Source: a virus (lineage: Duplodnaviria > Caudoviricetes). From it: a DNA stretch of 54,705 bases. The stretch's first letter is position 1. The number at the start of each line of letters is the position of its first letter. The notes beneath the pieces are model-generated. The model was not told the origin of the DNA, did no database searches, and saw only the letters and a program-made list of their open reading frames with translations. The stretch spans positions 1-54,705 of the IMG/VR virus record IMGVR_UViG_3300037842_001004; one strand, 5' to 3'. This document shows positions 46,203 through 54,705 of the stretch, piece after piece. The position numbers were made by a program, and so were the translations under genes.

Positions 46203-46634
46203 ATGGATGATCTACGCAAGCTCTGGGCCGCGGGCCGGCTCGTCTACAATGAGACCCGGGACCGCAGCTACGACGAGTCGAACGCGGCTCACACGGCGCA
46301 CGGCGTCGAGCTGCTCGCCTGGGCGGCCACCGTCGACACGGCGCGTGCGCCGCAGAGCCTGGAAGAGGCGGTCCGCGTCGCCTTCGCGAAGGTGGTCACC
46401 GCGTGCAAGGCGACCGGCGCCAACCCGGGTTGGGAGGTCTTCTGCCAGCCGCCCGAGGCGGAAGGTTGGAAGGGGGCGGGCTCCTGGCGCGTTTGCTGGG
46501 AGAGCGGCCCGCACGACTGGGCCATCGGTGATTCGATGGGCGCGGGGGAGATCATCCCCGGCAACGTCTGCAGCGGCAGCGGCTGGTTCACGGAGCCCTA
46601 CTACGGCTTCGACCTCTGCTTCGTGACGGACTGA
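46203..46634 (+). CDS. hypothetical protein
   Basis: AGGAG RBS; WRVCWESGPHDWA...EPYYGFDLCF. Confidence 0.7.
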   Translation: MDDLRKLWAAGRLVYNETRDRSYDESNAAHTAHGVELLAWAATVDTARAPQSLEEAVRVAFAKVVTACKATGANPGWEVFCQPPEAEGWKGAGSWRVCWESGPHDWAIGDSMGAGEIIPGNVCSGSGWFTEPYYGFDLCFVTD

Positions 46635-46638
46635 GACG

Positions 46639-47286
46639 ATGAAGGCGAAGCGAACCACCTGGACGTGCCCGAACGACTGCGGCGCGAGTGGGAAGCTCGC
46701 GCCGCAGCGGGCCAGGAAGGACGACACGCGGACGTACTGCATCCCGTGCTCCATGCGCACGGGTCGGCTCGTGCGGCGTTCCTGCCCGGCTCGTGAGGCC
46801 GCCGCCGAGCGCGCCAGGACGAAAGCGGCAAAGGCGAAGGCGGCGAAGGCGGCCCGCGAGGCGCTCCCCTGGATGGTGGGCGGCCTGGACATGCGCGTCG
46901 AGATTCGGCGCGTCCTGCGAGCGGCCGGGATCGACGACACGCCCGAGGGGTACTTCGCAGGCGCGGACGGAAAACGCGCTTGGCGGCGCACCAACCGACA
47001 CACCTACGCCACCGGCCACGCCTACGGGCATCGGGTGACGATGACGGTCGGCCTCTGCACCGCGGCCGCGGCCGTGTCGGTCATCCTTCACGAGGTCGCG
47101 CACAACGTCGCTGGCTGTCACCACATGCACGACCGGGAGTGGCAACGGACCTACGCATGGCTCGCGCGCAAGGCGTACGGGCTGAGCATCTCGTCGGATT
47201 GGGGGACGACCGCCAGCGCGACGATCACCAGCGCGGTCACCCGCGCACTGAAGTCCGAGCACCAGCGGCTCGACGTGAGGGGTTGA
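46639..47286 (+). CDS. Zn-finger + SprT-like HExxH metallopeptidase
   Basis: CPNDC...CIPC; ILHEVAH...HDREW. Confidence 0.7.
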   Translation: MKAKRTTWTCPNDCGASGKLAPQRARKDDTRTYCIPCSMRTGRLVRRSCPAREAAAERARTKAAKAKAAKAAREALPWMVGGLDMRVEIRRVLRAAGIDDTPEGYFAGADGKRAWRRTNRHTYATGHAYGHRVTMTVGLCTAAAAVSVILHEVAHNVAGCHHMHDREWQRTYAWLARKAYGLSISSDWGTTASATITSAVTRALKSEHQRLDVRG

Positions 47287-47287
47287 G

Positions 47288-47656
47288 ATGAGCAAATTCA
47301 CAGGGGGTGAAGTGGCACGCGGCCATCGCCCGCAACCTGGGACAGGTGGTCCCGTTCCGGTCCCTGGACTGGCTGCGGGAGCTGGCGGGGTGCGGGCGGT
47401 GAAGCTTACCCCTGCCCAGGCGCAAACCCTGCGACGCATCGGCCGCAACCGGCGAGCGTGGGACGAGGACTCCGACGGGGCGATCGTCGGAGTCTTCGGG
47501 CGCCGCCTCGACGTGGTCAACCGGCTCGCGGACGCGGACCTCGTGACCGTCCAGTACAGGGGGCGCAGCTACCACTTCCCGTACGTGGCTTGGCTCACGC
47601 CGCGCGGCCGCGAGCTGTGCGAGGCGGATCGACCGAAAACGACCAACGAGGGTTGA
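47288..47656 (+). CDS. small winged-helix-like protein
   Basis: KLTPAQAQTL...NRLADADLV...LTPRGRE; start may be the GTG near 47399. Confidence 0.55.
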   Translation: MSKFTGGEVARGHRPQPGTGGPVPVPGLAAGAGGVRAVKLTPAQAQTLRRIGRNRRAWDEDSDGAIVGVFGRRLDVVNRLADADLVTVQYRGRSYHFPYVAWLTPRGRELCEADRPKTTNEG

Positions 47657-47681
47657 CACTCGGTATGCGCGTGCGCATAGT
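47635..47681 (+). promoter_or_regulatory. sigma70-like promoter with operator and conserved upstream element
   Basis: TTGACA(47653)-17nt-CATAGT with GTATGCG-cgtg-CGCATAG. Confidence 0.8.
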
Positions 47682-47741
47682 CTAGTTGGTGGCGCCGTTG
47701 GGTGCCCCGGTCCTCTCCCCACGGACCATAGGAGGTGTCTA

Positions 47742-47966
47742 GTGTCCCGTTCCCCCTACTACGACTACGCGCGAGACCCCGACCTCGCGGCGGCCTACCA
47801 CGCCGGCTACGCGGCCTACGACGCCTACGTGTCGTCGGCGGACAACCCGCACCCCGCGGGCTCCGACGAGTCGGCGGCCTGGGCCGCCGGTCACGATGAC
47901 TGCGCGGCCGAGGACAACGGCCCGGAGACGTCGCTCAACTTCCCCATCGCTGGAGTCATCCGATGA
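47742..47966 (+). CDS. small Rmf/CrpP-like protein
   Basis: AYHAGYAAY...NPHPAGS...AWAAGHDD; AGGAGG RBS. Confidence 0.5.
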   Translation: MSRSPYYDYARDPDLAAAYHAGYAAYDAYVSSADNPHPAGSDESAAWAAGHDDCAAEDNGPETSLNFPIAGVIR

Positions 47967-48244
47967 CTGACGGATACGACGCGGCCGCGGAGGCGGCCTA
48001 CCTGGACAAGCTCGCAGGCGAGCCTGAGCCACCGTTCCCCTGCGAGTGTTGCGGCGCCCCTGGCGGCTGCTCACGACCGGCCACCATCGCTGAGTGCGAG
48101 CTGGCCGAGGAACAGGGGCGAGACGCCTACCACACCGGCGGAGACCGGTCGGACTGTCCATACGTGCTCGGCGAGACGCGCCGCGCTTGGTTCAACGCAT
48201 TTAACGAAGAAGGGATCGCCGACCACGGCGAGGACTGGGAATGA
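47963..48244 (+). CDS. Rmf/CrpP-like domain protein
   Basis: EQGRDAYHTG..RSDCPY....RRAWFNAF resembles Rmf GYxAGxxGxxxxxCPY....RxxWLxGW. Confidence 0.55.
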   Translation: MTDGYDAAAEAAYLDKLAGEPEPPFPCECCGAPGGCSRPATIAECELAEEQGRDAYHTGGDRSDCPYVLGETRRAWFNAFNEEGIADHGEDWE

Positions 48245-48702
48245 GCAACCACGACGAAATTCTAACCGCCGCGCGGGTGTACCTGCTGAAGGACTCGCCG
48301 CGGCGCGTTCGAGCCCTGCTCTCGCAGGCCACGTTCGACCTCTGGCACGGGCCGCACCCGGCCGAGGACGCCGAGGACGACCCGAACCCCGAGACGCGCT
48401 ACCCCGGCTTCTCGTCGGCCTGCGACGAGTTGAGCGACTGGTTCGCTGACGCCCCGAGCACGGTCTATGTCTTCGAGGACTGCGGCAACGTCAGCGAGAC
48501 CAAGCCCGAGGACACGCCTGAATGCTGGGAGTGTGAGGGGGCCGGCGTCGCGCCGACCGCGACCGACGAAGACGGCGACATCGCCGACCCGGACGAGAGC
48601 TGCAACACCTGCAGCGGCCGCGGATGGGTCGAGGGCGAGTCCTACTACGAATTCGATGCCCGTGACGCCCTGGGCGGCAAGCTGGCGGAGTACCTACGAT
48701 GA
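48241..48702 (+). CDS. acidic protein with DnaJ-type zinc finger
   Basis: CWECEGAG...CNTCSGRG. Confidence 0.7.
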   Translation: MSNHDEILTAARVYLLKDSPRRVRALLSQATFDLWHGPHPAEDAEDDPNPETRYPGFSSACDELSDWFADAPSTVYVFEDCGNVSETKPEDTPECWECEGAGVAPTATDEDGDIADPDESCNTCSGRGWVEGESYYEFDARDALGGKLAEYLR

Positions 48703-49085
48703 CGATGAAACTGGTCAATCACCTGGAGCCGATCCACGGGTTCGAGACCGCCGAGGCGCTCGCGGACCCGGGCGCGCTCATCCGCCGCTTCAACGTGCTC
48801 ACCTGCGCTGGGGCCTGGGAGACGTTCACGACGGCGGACGTCGAGGTCTGGTCAGACGGGGACGTCTACCAGCGGTACGCCGCCGGCCGGCGCATCGCCG
48901 TTCTGGAGTGCATCGAGCACGAGGAGAAGCCGGCGACGCACGCGGTCGACGAGTACGTCACCGACGACGCCCCGCGAGAGGGCGTGATCATCACGGTGGG
49001 GGACTGGGACTCCTTCGCAGACGTCCGCCGCTACAAAGTCCAACAGACCAGCGGCGGTGCCGTCTGGTGGAACATGAGGAGCTAG
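48699..49085 (+). CDS. hypothetical protein
   Basis: ATGA-coupled. Confidence 0.6.
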   Translation: MTMKLVNHLEPIHGFETAEALADPGALIRRFNVLTCAGAWETFTTADVEVWSDGDVYQRYAAGRRIAVLECIEHEEKPATHAVDEYVTDDAPREGVIITVGDWDSFADVRRYKVQQTSGGAVWWNMRS

Positions 49086-49087
49086 CA

Positions 49088-49528
49088 ATGCGCGAGTACG
49101 ACAACGAGAAGACGAGCGGGGCGGAATTGGTGCCCGGCGAGAAGGTCACGATCTACACGACCGGCGGAGGCGGGTTCGGGTGGAAAAAGATCGAGGGCCG
49201 TCACAGTGCGGTCGACCGGCGCCCGGACGACATGGGTTGGCGCCCTGGTGCGGTCTCTGGCTACGACTACATCCCCAAAGGCGGACGCCGCGTGCGCGGG
49301 ATCATGACGTACTACAGCCCGACCATACTGGTCGCTCGCGGTTGGGGCCTGCCCGAGCTGCGCGGCAACTTCAGCCGGCCGGTGGTCAACGCCGAGGGGA
49401 CGTGCGCCACCTCGACCGGGCGGCACATGAGCTGCTCGCCCGGGTGGGCAGCGGAGTTGGCCGAGGACACGGACGGCGTGAGCTTTGCCCTGGAAGTGCG
49501 ACCCCACTGGAAGGAGGCGGCGGCGTGA
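49088..49528 (+). CDS. hypothetical protein
   Basis: GAGGAG RBS, ATG at 49088. Confidence 0.65.
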   Translation: MREYDNEKTSGAELVPGEKVTIYTTGGGGFGWKKIEGRHSAVDRRPDDMGWRPGAVSGYDYIPKGGRRVRGIMTYYSPTILVARGWGLPELRGNFSRPVVNAEGTCATSTGRHMSCSPGWAAELAEDTDGVSFALEVRPHWKEAAA

Positions 49529-49746
49529 AGTTGACCGACGAAACGCTGATGGCCGCGTGCCTGGGGTACGCCCAGGACTACACGGCCGACTGGCCCGGCC
49601 GGTACTCGGTGCGGGTCACATCTCGCACCGAGCTTGAGGACGGGCGCACAGAGGTGATCCTCGACACCCGCAAGCCCTTCACCGGCGCCGGCAGCCTGAC
49701 GGCGATCGGCGTCGATCTCACCCTGGTCTTTGGAGCGACCCCATGA
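49525..49746 (+). CDS. hypothetical protein
   Basis: GGAGG RBS, GTGA-coupled. Confidence 0.55.
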   Translation: MKLTDETLMAACLGYAQDYTADWPGRYSVRVTSRTELEDGRTEVILDTRKPFTGAGSLTAIGVDLTLVFGATP

Positions 49747-49862
49747 ACCTTTTCACCTTCCCGCCTCACCGAGGAGGGCAAACCGGATTGACAGGCGAGC
49801 GGCTCCGGCCGTAGCCTTGGCCGCACAGACGCGATAGCGACACCAACCGTGGCCTATATGAG

Positions 49863-49895
49863 AGGCGCCCTGGGGGAAACCCCGCGGCGCCTTTT
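49863..49895 (+). terminator. intrinsic terminator-like hairpin
   Basis: AGGCGCC...GGGG-AAA-CCCC...GGCGCCT followed by TTT. Confidence 0.5.
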
Positions 49896-49918
49896 CTGCG
49901 TTTTGGCCCTGGAGTTTT

Positions 49919-50743
49919 GTGAGCCAACCGGTCCCCGCCCTCGAAGTCATCCACGATTGGATGCCGGTCGAGATCATCGAGAAGGCTGACGCGCCCGATG
50001 GGCAACGTCTGCGCTTCCGCGGGATTATGTCGACCGAGCACGAGGACCTCCAAGGCGACACGGTCGACCAGGGCGGCATGGACTACGCCCCCCTCCTGGC
50101 GCGCGGCTGGCTCAACGACAACCACAGCAAGACGACCGGTGACGAGCTGGGCCTCATCACGAAGGCCGAGCCGGTGACCATCGACAAGGTCCGCGCCACG
50201 GCCGTCGAGGGCGTCCTCTTCGACACCCCGCAGAACCGGAAGATCGCCGCGAACGCGCGATCGATGCGGCGCCTGGGGCGCGGCTACGGCTTCAGCGTCG
50301 AGGGCAAGATCCTTCAGCGGTCCGGTCCGCGCGGGAAGCGGGTGGCCCGGTCCATCGTCTCGCAGCTCGCCCTGACCCGCTGCCCGGTGAACACCCAGAC
50401 GAAGATGGAACTGCTCCACAAGTCGCTCGACACCCTGCAGAAGGCCATGACGGTCGGCTACGGGCTCGCGACTCCCGGTGCGACCGTCGCGTCTCTGGCC
50501 CCCGTGGTGCCCTTCGACCTCGAAGGCGACAACGAGGACCACGTCCAGTTCTTCAACGGAGCGCCGTTCGACTGGGACACGTTCCGCAAGACCTGGGACA
50601 CCGGGGCAGCACGCGACGCCGCGGGCGCACGCCCCGGTAACCGGACCCTGACGAAGGCTCAAGCCGCGATGCACGCGCTGCGCCGCCGTCCCGACCTGAA
50701 CATTCACCAGCTCCGCGCGCTGCTTCTGCAGGCGCAGGCTTAG
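49919..50743 (+). CDS. prohead (maturation) protease, HK97/Herelleviridae-like
   Basis: FRGIMSTEHEDLQGD...GWLNDNH...GFSVEG...ALTRCPVN. Confidence 0.9.
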   Translation: MSQPVPALEVIHDWMPVEIIEKADAPDGQRLRFRGIMSTEHEDLQGDTVDQGGMDYAPLLARGWLNDNHSKTTGDELGLITKAEPVTIDKVRATAVEGVLFDTPQNRKIAANARSMRRLGRGYGFSVEGKILQRSGPRGKRVARSIVSQLALTRCPVNTQTKMELLHKSLDTLQKAMTVGYGLATPGATVASLAPVVPFDLEGDNEDHVQFFNGAPFDWDTFRKTWDTGAARDAAGARPGNRTLTKAQAAMHALRRRPDLNIHQLRALLLQAQA

Positions 50744-50752
50744 GAGGATTCG

Positions 50753-51550
50753 ATGTCCGCGCTTCCGTACCTGACGAAGATGGCAAAGGGCGGCGACGCC
50801 GAGGCGCTCGACGCGTTGCGCAAGATGCGTGACGACGGCGACGACGACGCGGCCGACGCGCTCAACAGCATGGGTGACGGCAACGGCGCCCAACCGGACA
50901 TGCCCCTCGGCAAGTCCAGCCAGGGCGAGATGTTCGACCTTGAGGCTCTGGAGAAGGCCCTCGACGACATCGAGCCGTTCAGCGACGTCGAGAACGCGCC
51001 CGCGGCGACCGTCGACGACATCCGCAACGACATCAGCGGCCGCCCCGAGGTCGAGGCCGCGGCCGCGGTCGACGCCGGCGACTTCGTGAAGTCCCTCGCG
51101 TCGGGCATCGAGTCCGCGTTGGAGCGCAACGGCGACGTCGCAGCCTGGGCCGCCCAGGCGGCCGAGGCTGTCGCCCAGGGCTTCGGCGCGCAGGGTGACT
51201 TGCTGAAGTCGGTCACCGACTCCAACGACCGCCTGTCGAAGTCGATCGACGCGCTGAAGGAGACCCTCTCGGGCCTCGGCGCCGGCACGGTCGGCGCGAC
51301 CGACACGGTCCAGGCCGCGGCCCTCGCCAAGAGCTTCGCCGGCCCCTCCGACGAGCCCGTCCCGCAGCCCGGTCCGAGCGGCCGGTCCGTGGGCGAGGAG
51401 GCGCAGGAGTTGCGCAAGTCGCTCCGCGATCGGCGCGAGGGCCTCGACCCGAGCGAACGGCCGATGTTGGGCAAGATCAACAACGCGCTCGACGCGTTGA
51501 CGCACATGGACCTCAACCCCGCACGAAAGTTGCTCGCCGCGAACGGCTAG
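50753..51550 (+). CDS. capsid scaffold protein
   Basis: Acidic, helical, between protease and capsid; repeated LxK[S/A] (LGKS, LEKA, FVKS, LLKS, LSKS, LAKS, LRKS). Confidence 0.75.
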   Translation: MSALPYLTKMAKGGDAEALDALRKMRDDGDDDAADALNSMGDGNGAQPDMPLGKSSQGEMFDLEALEKALDDIEPFSDVENAPAATVDDIRNDISGRPEVEAAAAVDAGDFVKSLASGIESALERNGDVAAWAAQAAEAVAQGFGAQGDLLKSVTDSNDRLSKSIDALKETLSGLGAGTVGATDTVQAAALAKSFAGPSDEPVPQPGPSGRSVGEEAQELRKSLRDRREGLDPSERPMLGKINNALDALTHMDLNPARKLLAANG

Positions 51551-51604
51551 TCAGCAAGCGAACAGATCACCGCCCACGGGCGCGAACGAAAAGGAGCGAA
51601 CATC

Positions 51605-53119
51605 ATGTTCGACGGAATCGGAGACGGAGCCTTCGCCGGCGGCGGTGACGTGGGGGGAGTCCTCGCGGAACTGCTCGGTTTTCAGGGGGTCGGCGACCTC
51701 CTGAAGGCGATGTCAGTCGGGGACGTGTTCCCCGCGGCCCCGGGTGACCTCACCCCGGGCAAGCTCATGGCGACCGTGCCCCAGGACCTGGACGACGTGT
51801 TGCACAACACGGCGTTCAACTCGAAGCACATCCTGGGCTTCAACAAGGTCTCCAAGGGCAAGGCGTGGAGCACCGTCCACCAGTTCGTGCGGCACCACTC
51901 GCCCGGCTCGGCCGGACGGCGGTTCCTGTTCCACCGGGAGGGCGGATTGCCGCCCGAGTCGGACAGCACGTTCTCGCTGGAGCAACTCAAGATGCGCTAC
52001 CTGGGGTCGGTCCGCCGACTCCCGATCCAGGCGCGCCTCGTCAAGAACATCGTTCCTGGCGGAGCCGTAAAAAAGCAGAATGCGGACGGCTCGCTCGAAC
52101 TGCTCGAAGCAGCCGAGTTCGCGATGTTCTACGGCGACAACTCGATCAACCCCTACGCGTTCGACGGCCTCAAGCCGATCATGGAGCGTGAGGGACTGGT
52201 GCTCGACGCCGCCGGACAGACCCCGACCGAGGCCCTGATCGACGAGGCGATGGAGATCGCCTGCGAGAAGCCGAATTGGGGTCACCCGACCGACCTCTTC
52301 TGCTCCCCGCGGATGCACAAGACGTTGCGCCAGCTCTACGCCGGCCGCATGCGCTCGATGCTCGGTGACCGGTTCCACCCCAACTACCGCCTCTCGGAGA
52401 TGGGCTTCGACCACAACAACGAGGGCGAGAACGTCAACATCATCAAGCACCCGCTGGTGATCGAGGAGTCTCCGAAGGCGTCCCCTCTGGGTGAGGGTCC
52501 CGACGCGAGTCGGCGTCCCGTGTCTCCGATCATCGTGGCGCAGCCCGCGCCAAACGTGGACACGACCTCGAAGTTCGGCGTCGGCGCCGGCCGTCCCATC
52601 GGGGACGTGAAGTATCAGGTCGCGGCCATCAACGAGGCGGGCGTCTCCGCCCCGGTGGCGACCAACACGATCGCGACCGAGGCCGGCAAGGACATCCGCC
52701 TCACCGTCAAGGACGGCGCGGTCCCGAACAGCCTGCAGTCGGCCACCGGCTTCCTGCTCTACCGGACCGAGGCCGGCGTCACCACCGCATCGGAGGCGAC
52801 GCTCATCAAGGAGCTAGGCGCTCCGGCCAACGGCGCGAACCTCGTCATCATCGACCTCAACGAGGACCTCCCGGGGACCTCGGAGATGTTCATCGTGACG
52901 AACCGGAAGGAGAGCATCGAGATGATGCAACTCCTGCCGATGTTCAACTTCCCCCTGGGGAACCTGGACACCTCGTTCCGCTGGGCGCTGCTCCTGTTCG
53001 TCGCCCTCAAGATCGGCACCCCGCGGCAGCACGTCTTGATCAAGAATGTGAAGCCCGAGTCCGGCCTGGAGAAGATCGTGGTCCCGGGTGACCAGAGCGC
53101 CCCGCAGCTCCACATCTAG
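51605..53119 (+). CDS. major capsid protein (SPO1/Herelleviridae-like)
   Basis: LLKAMS...QDLD...AWSTVHQF...EGGLP...EFAMFYGD...FDGL...WGHPTDLF...YQVAAINEAGVSAP...LPG...QLLPM. Confidence 0.9.
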   Translation: MFDGIGDGAFAGGGDVGGVLAELLGFQGVGDLLKAMSVGDVFPAAPGDLTPGKLMATVPQDLDDVLHNTAFNSKHILGFNKVSKGKAWSTVHQFVRHHSPGSAGRRFLFHREGGLPPESDSTFSLEQLKMRYLGSVRRLPIQARLVKNIVPGGAVKKQNADGSLELLEAAEFAMFYGDNSINPYAFDGLKPIMEREGLVLDAAGQTPTEALIDEAMEIACEKPNWGHPTDLFCSPRMHKTLRQLYAGRMRSMLGDRFHPNYRLSEMGFDHNNEGENVNIIKHPLVIEESPKASPLGEGPDASRRPVSPIIVAQPAPNVDTTSKFGVGAGRPIGDVKYQVAAINEAGVSAPVATNTIATEAGKDIRLTVKDGAVPNSLQSATGFLLYRTEAGVTTASEATLIKELGAPANGANLVIIDLNEDLPGTSEMFIVTNRKESIEMMQLLPMFNFPLGNLDTSFRWALLLFVALKIGTPRQHVLIKNVKPESGLEKIVVPGDQSAPQLHI

Positions 53120-53178
53120 CCGCCCACCTGACGCCAGCGCGCCCCGGCTCCCGGGGCGCACCCTGAGAGGAGGCCACC

Positions 53179-53538
53179 GTGGCCGACCACCGCGTGCGGT
53201 CCCCACAGGCCGCCAACAACCTCCCCGAGGACCGTGTCTATCGCGCCCTCGGAAGGTGCTTCGACGTCGACGAGGACGGGGTCATCTCCGGCCTCACGGC
53301 GGACGAGGCGAAGCGGATCATCGCCGGCGGTAGCTTCCGGGCTATCGGTCGCGCGAAGCCGCCCAAGGCGGCACCCGAGCCGCCTCCCCCTGAGCCAGCG
53401 CCAGCACCCGAGCCAGCGCCCGAGCCCGAGCCTGAGCCAGCGCCAGAGCCCGAGCCCGAGCCTGAACCAGCCCCCGAGGCGAAGGCCCCGGAGGCTCCGA
53501 AGCGCCGGCGGCGAAAGAAGCCGCCGGCCAAGCCGTAG
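53179..53538 (+). CDS. small virion protein with Pro/Glu linker
   Basis: GGAGG RBS; (PE)n tract and basic tail, typical of a gene after the capsid gene. Confidence 0.7.
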   Translation: MADHRVRSPQAANNLPEDRVYRALGRCFDVDEDGVISGLTADEAKRIIAGGSFRAIGRAKPPKAAPEPPPPEPAPAPEPAPEPEPEPAPEPEPEPEPAPEAKAPEAPKRRRRKKPPAKP

Positions 53539-53548
53539 GGGGTAGACC

Positions 53549-54049
53549 GTGGCAGTCTCAGCAGCACAGGCGCTCAACCGAATCAGCCGTCGTCAACAGC
53601 GAAGCGACGCCGACGGCGCGCTTGCGCGAGCCCTCTCGCGCGGCTCGGACGCGCTCGTCACGGGCGTCCACCAACTCCGGCCGACCTATCGAATCTCGGA
53701 CGTGTTCGACAACACGACCGACGAAGAGAACGCGTGGCTGAACCCCCGGGAGGCCGTCGCGGCCGTCGACGCGAGCGAGGCGGCGACGGTCGCCTCACGG
53801 CTCGAATGGGCCGGCGCCGTGCGTCTCTTCTGGAAGAACGCCGTCGGGGGCTCGCGCACGTCGATCGACGTACAACCGTGGGTCCTGGTCGGTGACGGCG
53901 TGTACGCGAAGTTGGGGACAGCGATCACGATCGCCCCCCTGACGGAGGCCCGCATCGAGGGGACCAGCTACCGCACGGTGAAGCTCCAGGTGACGGCGTT
54001 GACCGGCGGAGTCGGCAACGTGGACATCTACGCCGGCGGCGAGGTCTAG
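53549..54049 (+). CDS. virion structural protein
   Basis: Beta-rich ORF in the structural gene train. Confidence 0.6.
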   Translation: MAVSAAQALNRISRRQQRSDADGALARALSRGSDALVTGVHQLRPTYRISDVFDNTTDEENAWLNPREAVAAVDASEAATVASRLEWAGAVRLFWKNAVGGSRTSIDVQPWVLVGDGVYAKLGTAITIAPLTEARIEGTSYRTVKLQVTALTGGVGNVDIYAGGEV

Positions 54050-54056
54050 GCCGCGC

Positions 54057-54530
54057 GTGTTCTCCTCCCTGAACCACTCGGCGTCCGGCATCGACACCGT
54101 CGCGAGCTTCCCCCTGACGCCGACCAACGGGCGGACGGTCCTACACAGCGGCGCCGATATGACGTTCACCTGGAACGGCTCGCGCTGGCTCGCGACGTCC
54201 GGCAACGCTGAGGTGATCACCGCGGGCGGGGGGCTCGCAGCCCGTGACGCCGCGGTAGTGGTCGCCGGTATCGCGGTGCCCTGCGACGTCGACGTCCACG
54301 GGCACGCGGACGGCATCTGCGCCCTGGTGGAGGCCGGCAACGCCGTTCTGGTCAACGGGGGTGACGTCGACGGCTTCGCCGGCCTCGTAGACGGCGGTAC
54401 AGTCTTCGTGGGCGCCTCCGCGGGGGCGGTGAGCCAGACCCGGCCCGTCGGGAAGTCCCGCATCCCGCTCGGGCGCGCACGCAGCGCCACCCGGGTCAAC
54501 GTCTACCTCGACGAGCCGACGGTGATCTAG
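54057..54530 (+). CDS. virion structural/decoration protein
   Basis: Gly/Val-rich; FAGLVDGGTVFVG...GAVSQTRP...LGRA pattern of head-decoration-like proteins. Confidence 0.55.
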   Translation: MFSSLNHSASGIDTVASFPLTPTNGRTVLHSGADMTFTWNGSRWLATSGNAEVITAGGGLAARDAAVVVAGIAVPCDVDVHGHADGICALVEAGNAVLVNGGDVDGFAGLVDGGTVFVGASAGAVSQTRPVGKSRIPLGRARSATRVNVYLDEPTVI

Positions 54531-54705
54531 ATGGCCCTCCCGCCCACAGAGATTGATCCAGAGAGCACCGTCGAGAAGCCGATTTGGCGGGTGCCGAATC
54601 TGCTCGCCGCGGCGACGCTGATGATCGCCGGCGCCAAGCGGCTCGAAATCATCCAGGCCCGCCGGCTCCGCTGGGTTCGCCTGGATATGACCTCCTACAA
54701 GCCCG
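54531..54705 (+). CDS. hypothetical protein, 3' truncated
   Basis: ATG directly after the previous stop; open to the window end. Confidence 0.45.
   Translation, partial: MALPPTEIDPESTVEKPIWRVPNLLAAATLMIAGAKRLEIIQARRLRWVRLDMTSYKP

Noticed and set aside
53375-53480. Tandem repeats CCCGAG/CCAGCG
   Set aside because: Simply encode a Pro/Glu/Ala linker in an ordinary post-capsid gene.

Overview
A 54.7-kb, very GC-rich (roughly 70% by eye) segment of a tailed dsDNA phage or prophage, almost all on the + strand. Order: replication module (HTH initiator with internal iteron-like palindromes, DnaC/IstB loader, RecU-like resolvase), accessory genes (SleB-like hydrolase, phage Dam methylase, DnaA-C HTH, receiver domain, Coq4-like, holin-like), terminase, then an unusually stretched head module (portal, MuF-like, prohead protease, scaffold, Herelleviridae-like major capsid protein). 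The main observation is five giant genes (1100-1600 aa) embedded in the head module. They share a conserved leader (LxK[G/S]-x2-4-HKY...RW.Y.Y...GGxGLGHHxE.HxGAKF...GHYEV...HDESG) placed right after a motif resembling the LxK[S/A/G] sites that recur in the scaffold, protease and capsid protein. Each leader is fused to different cargo: DarA-C + PAPS-reductase-like; Mom-like GNAT + TGT/DpdA-like + ART-like; RelA/SpoT-like + zeta toxin; pyrophosphatase + HExxH/LPD1; beta-clamp-like. I infer a modular capsid-loaded effector system, with two separately promoted candidate immunity genes after the double-toxin gene. The window also has nine sigma70-like promoters sharing a palindromic operator, two small-gene islands inside the late region, a permuted inverted repeat and a structured ncRNA candidate. 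All domain calls come from motif recognition by eye; no searches were run.
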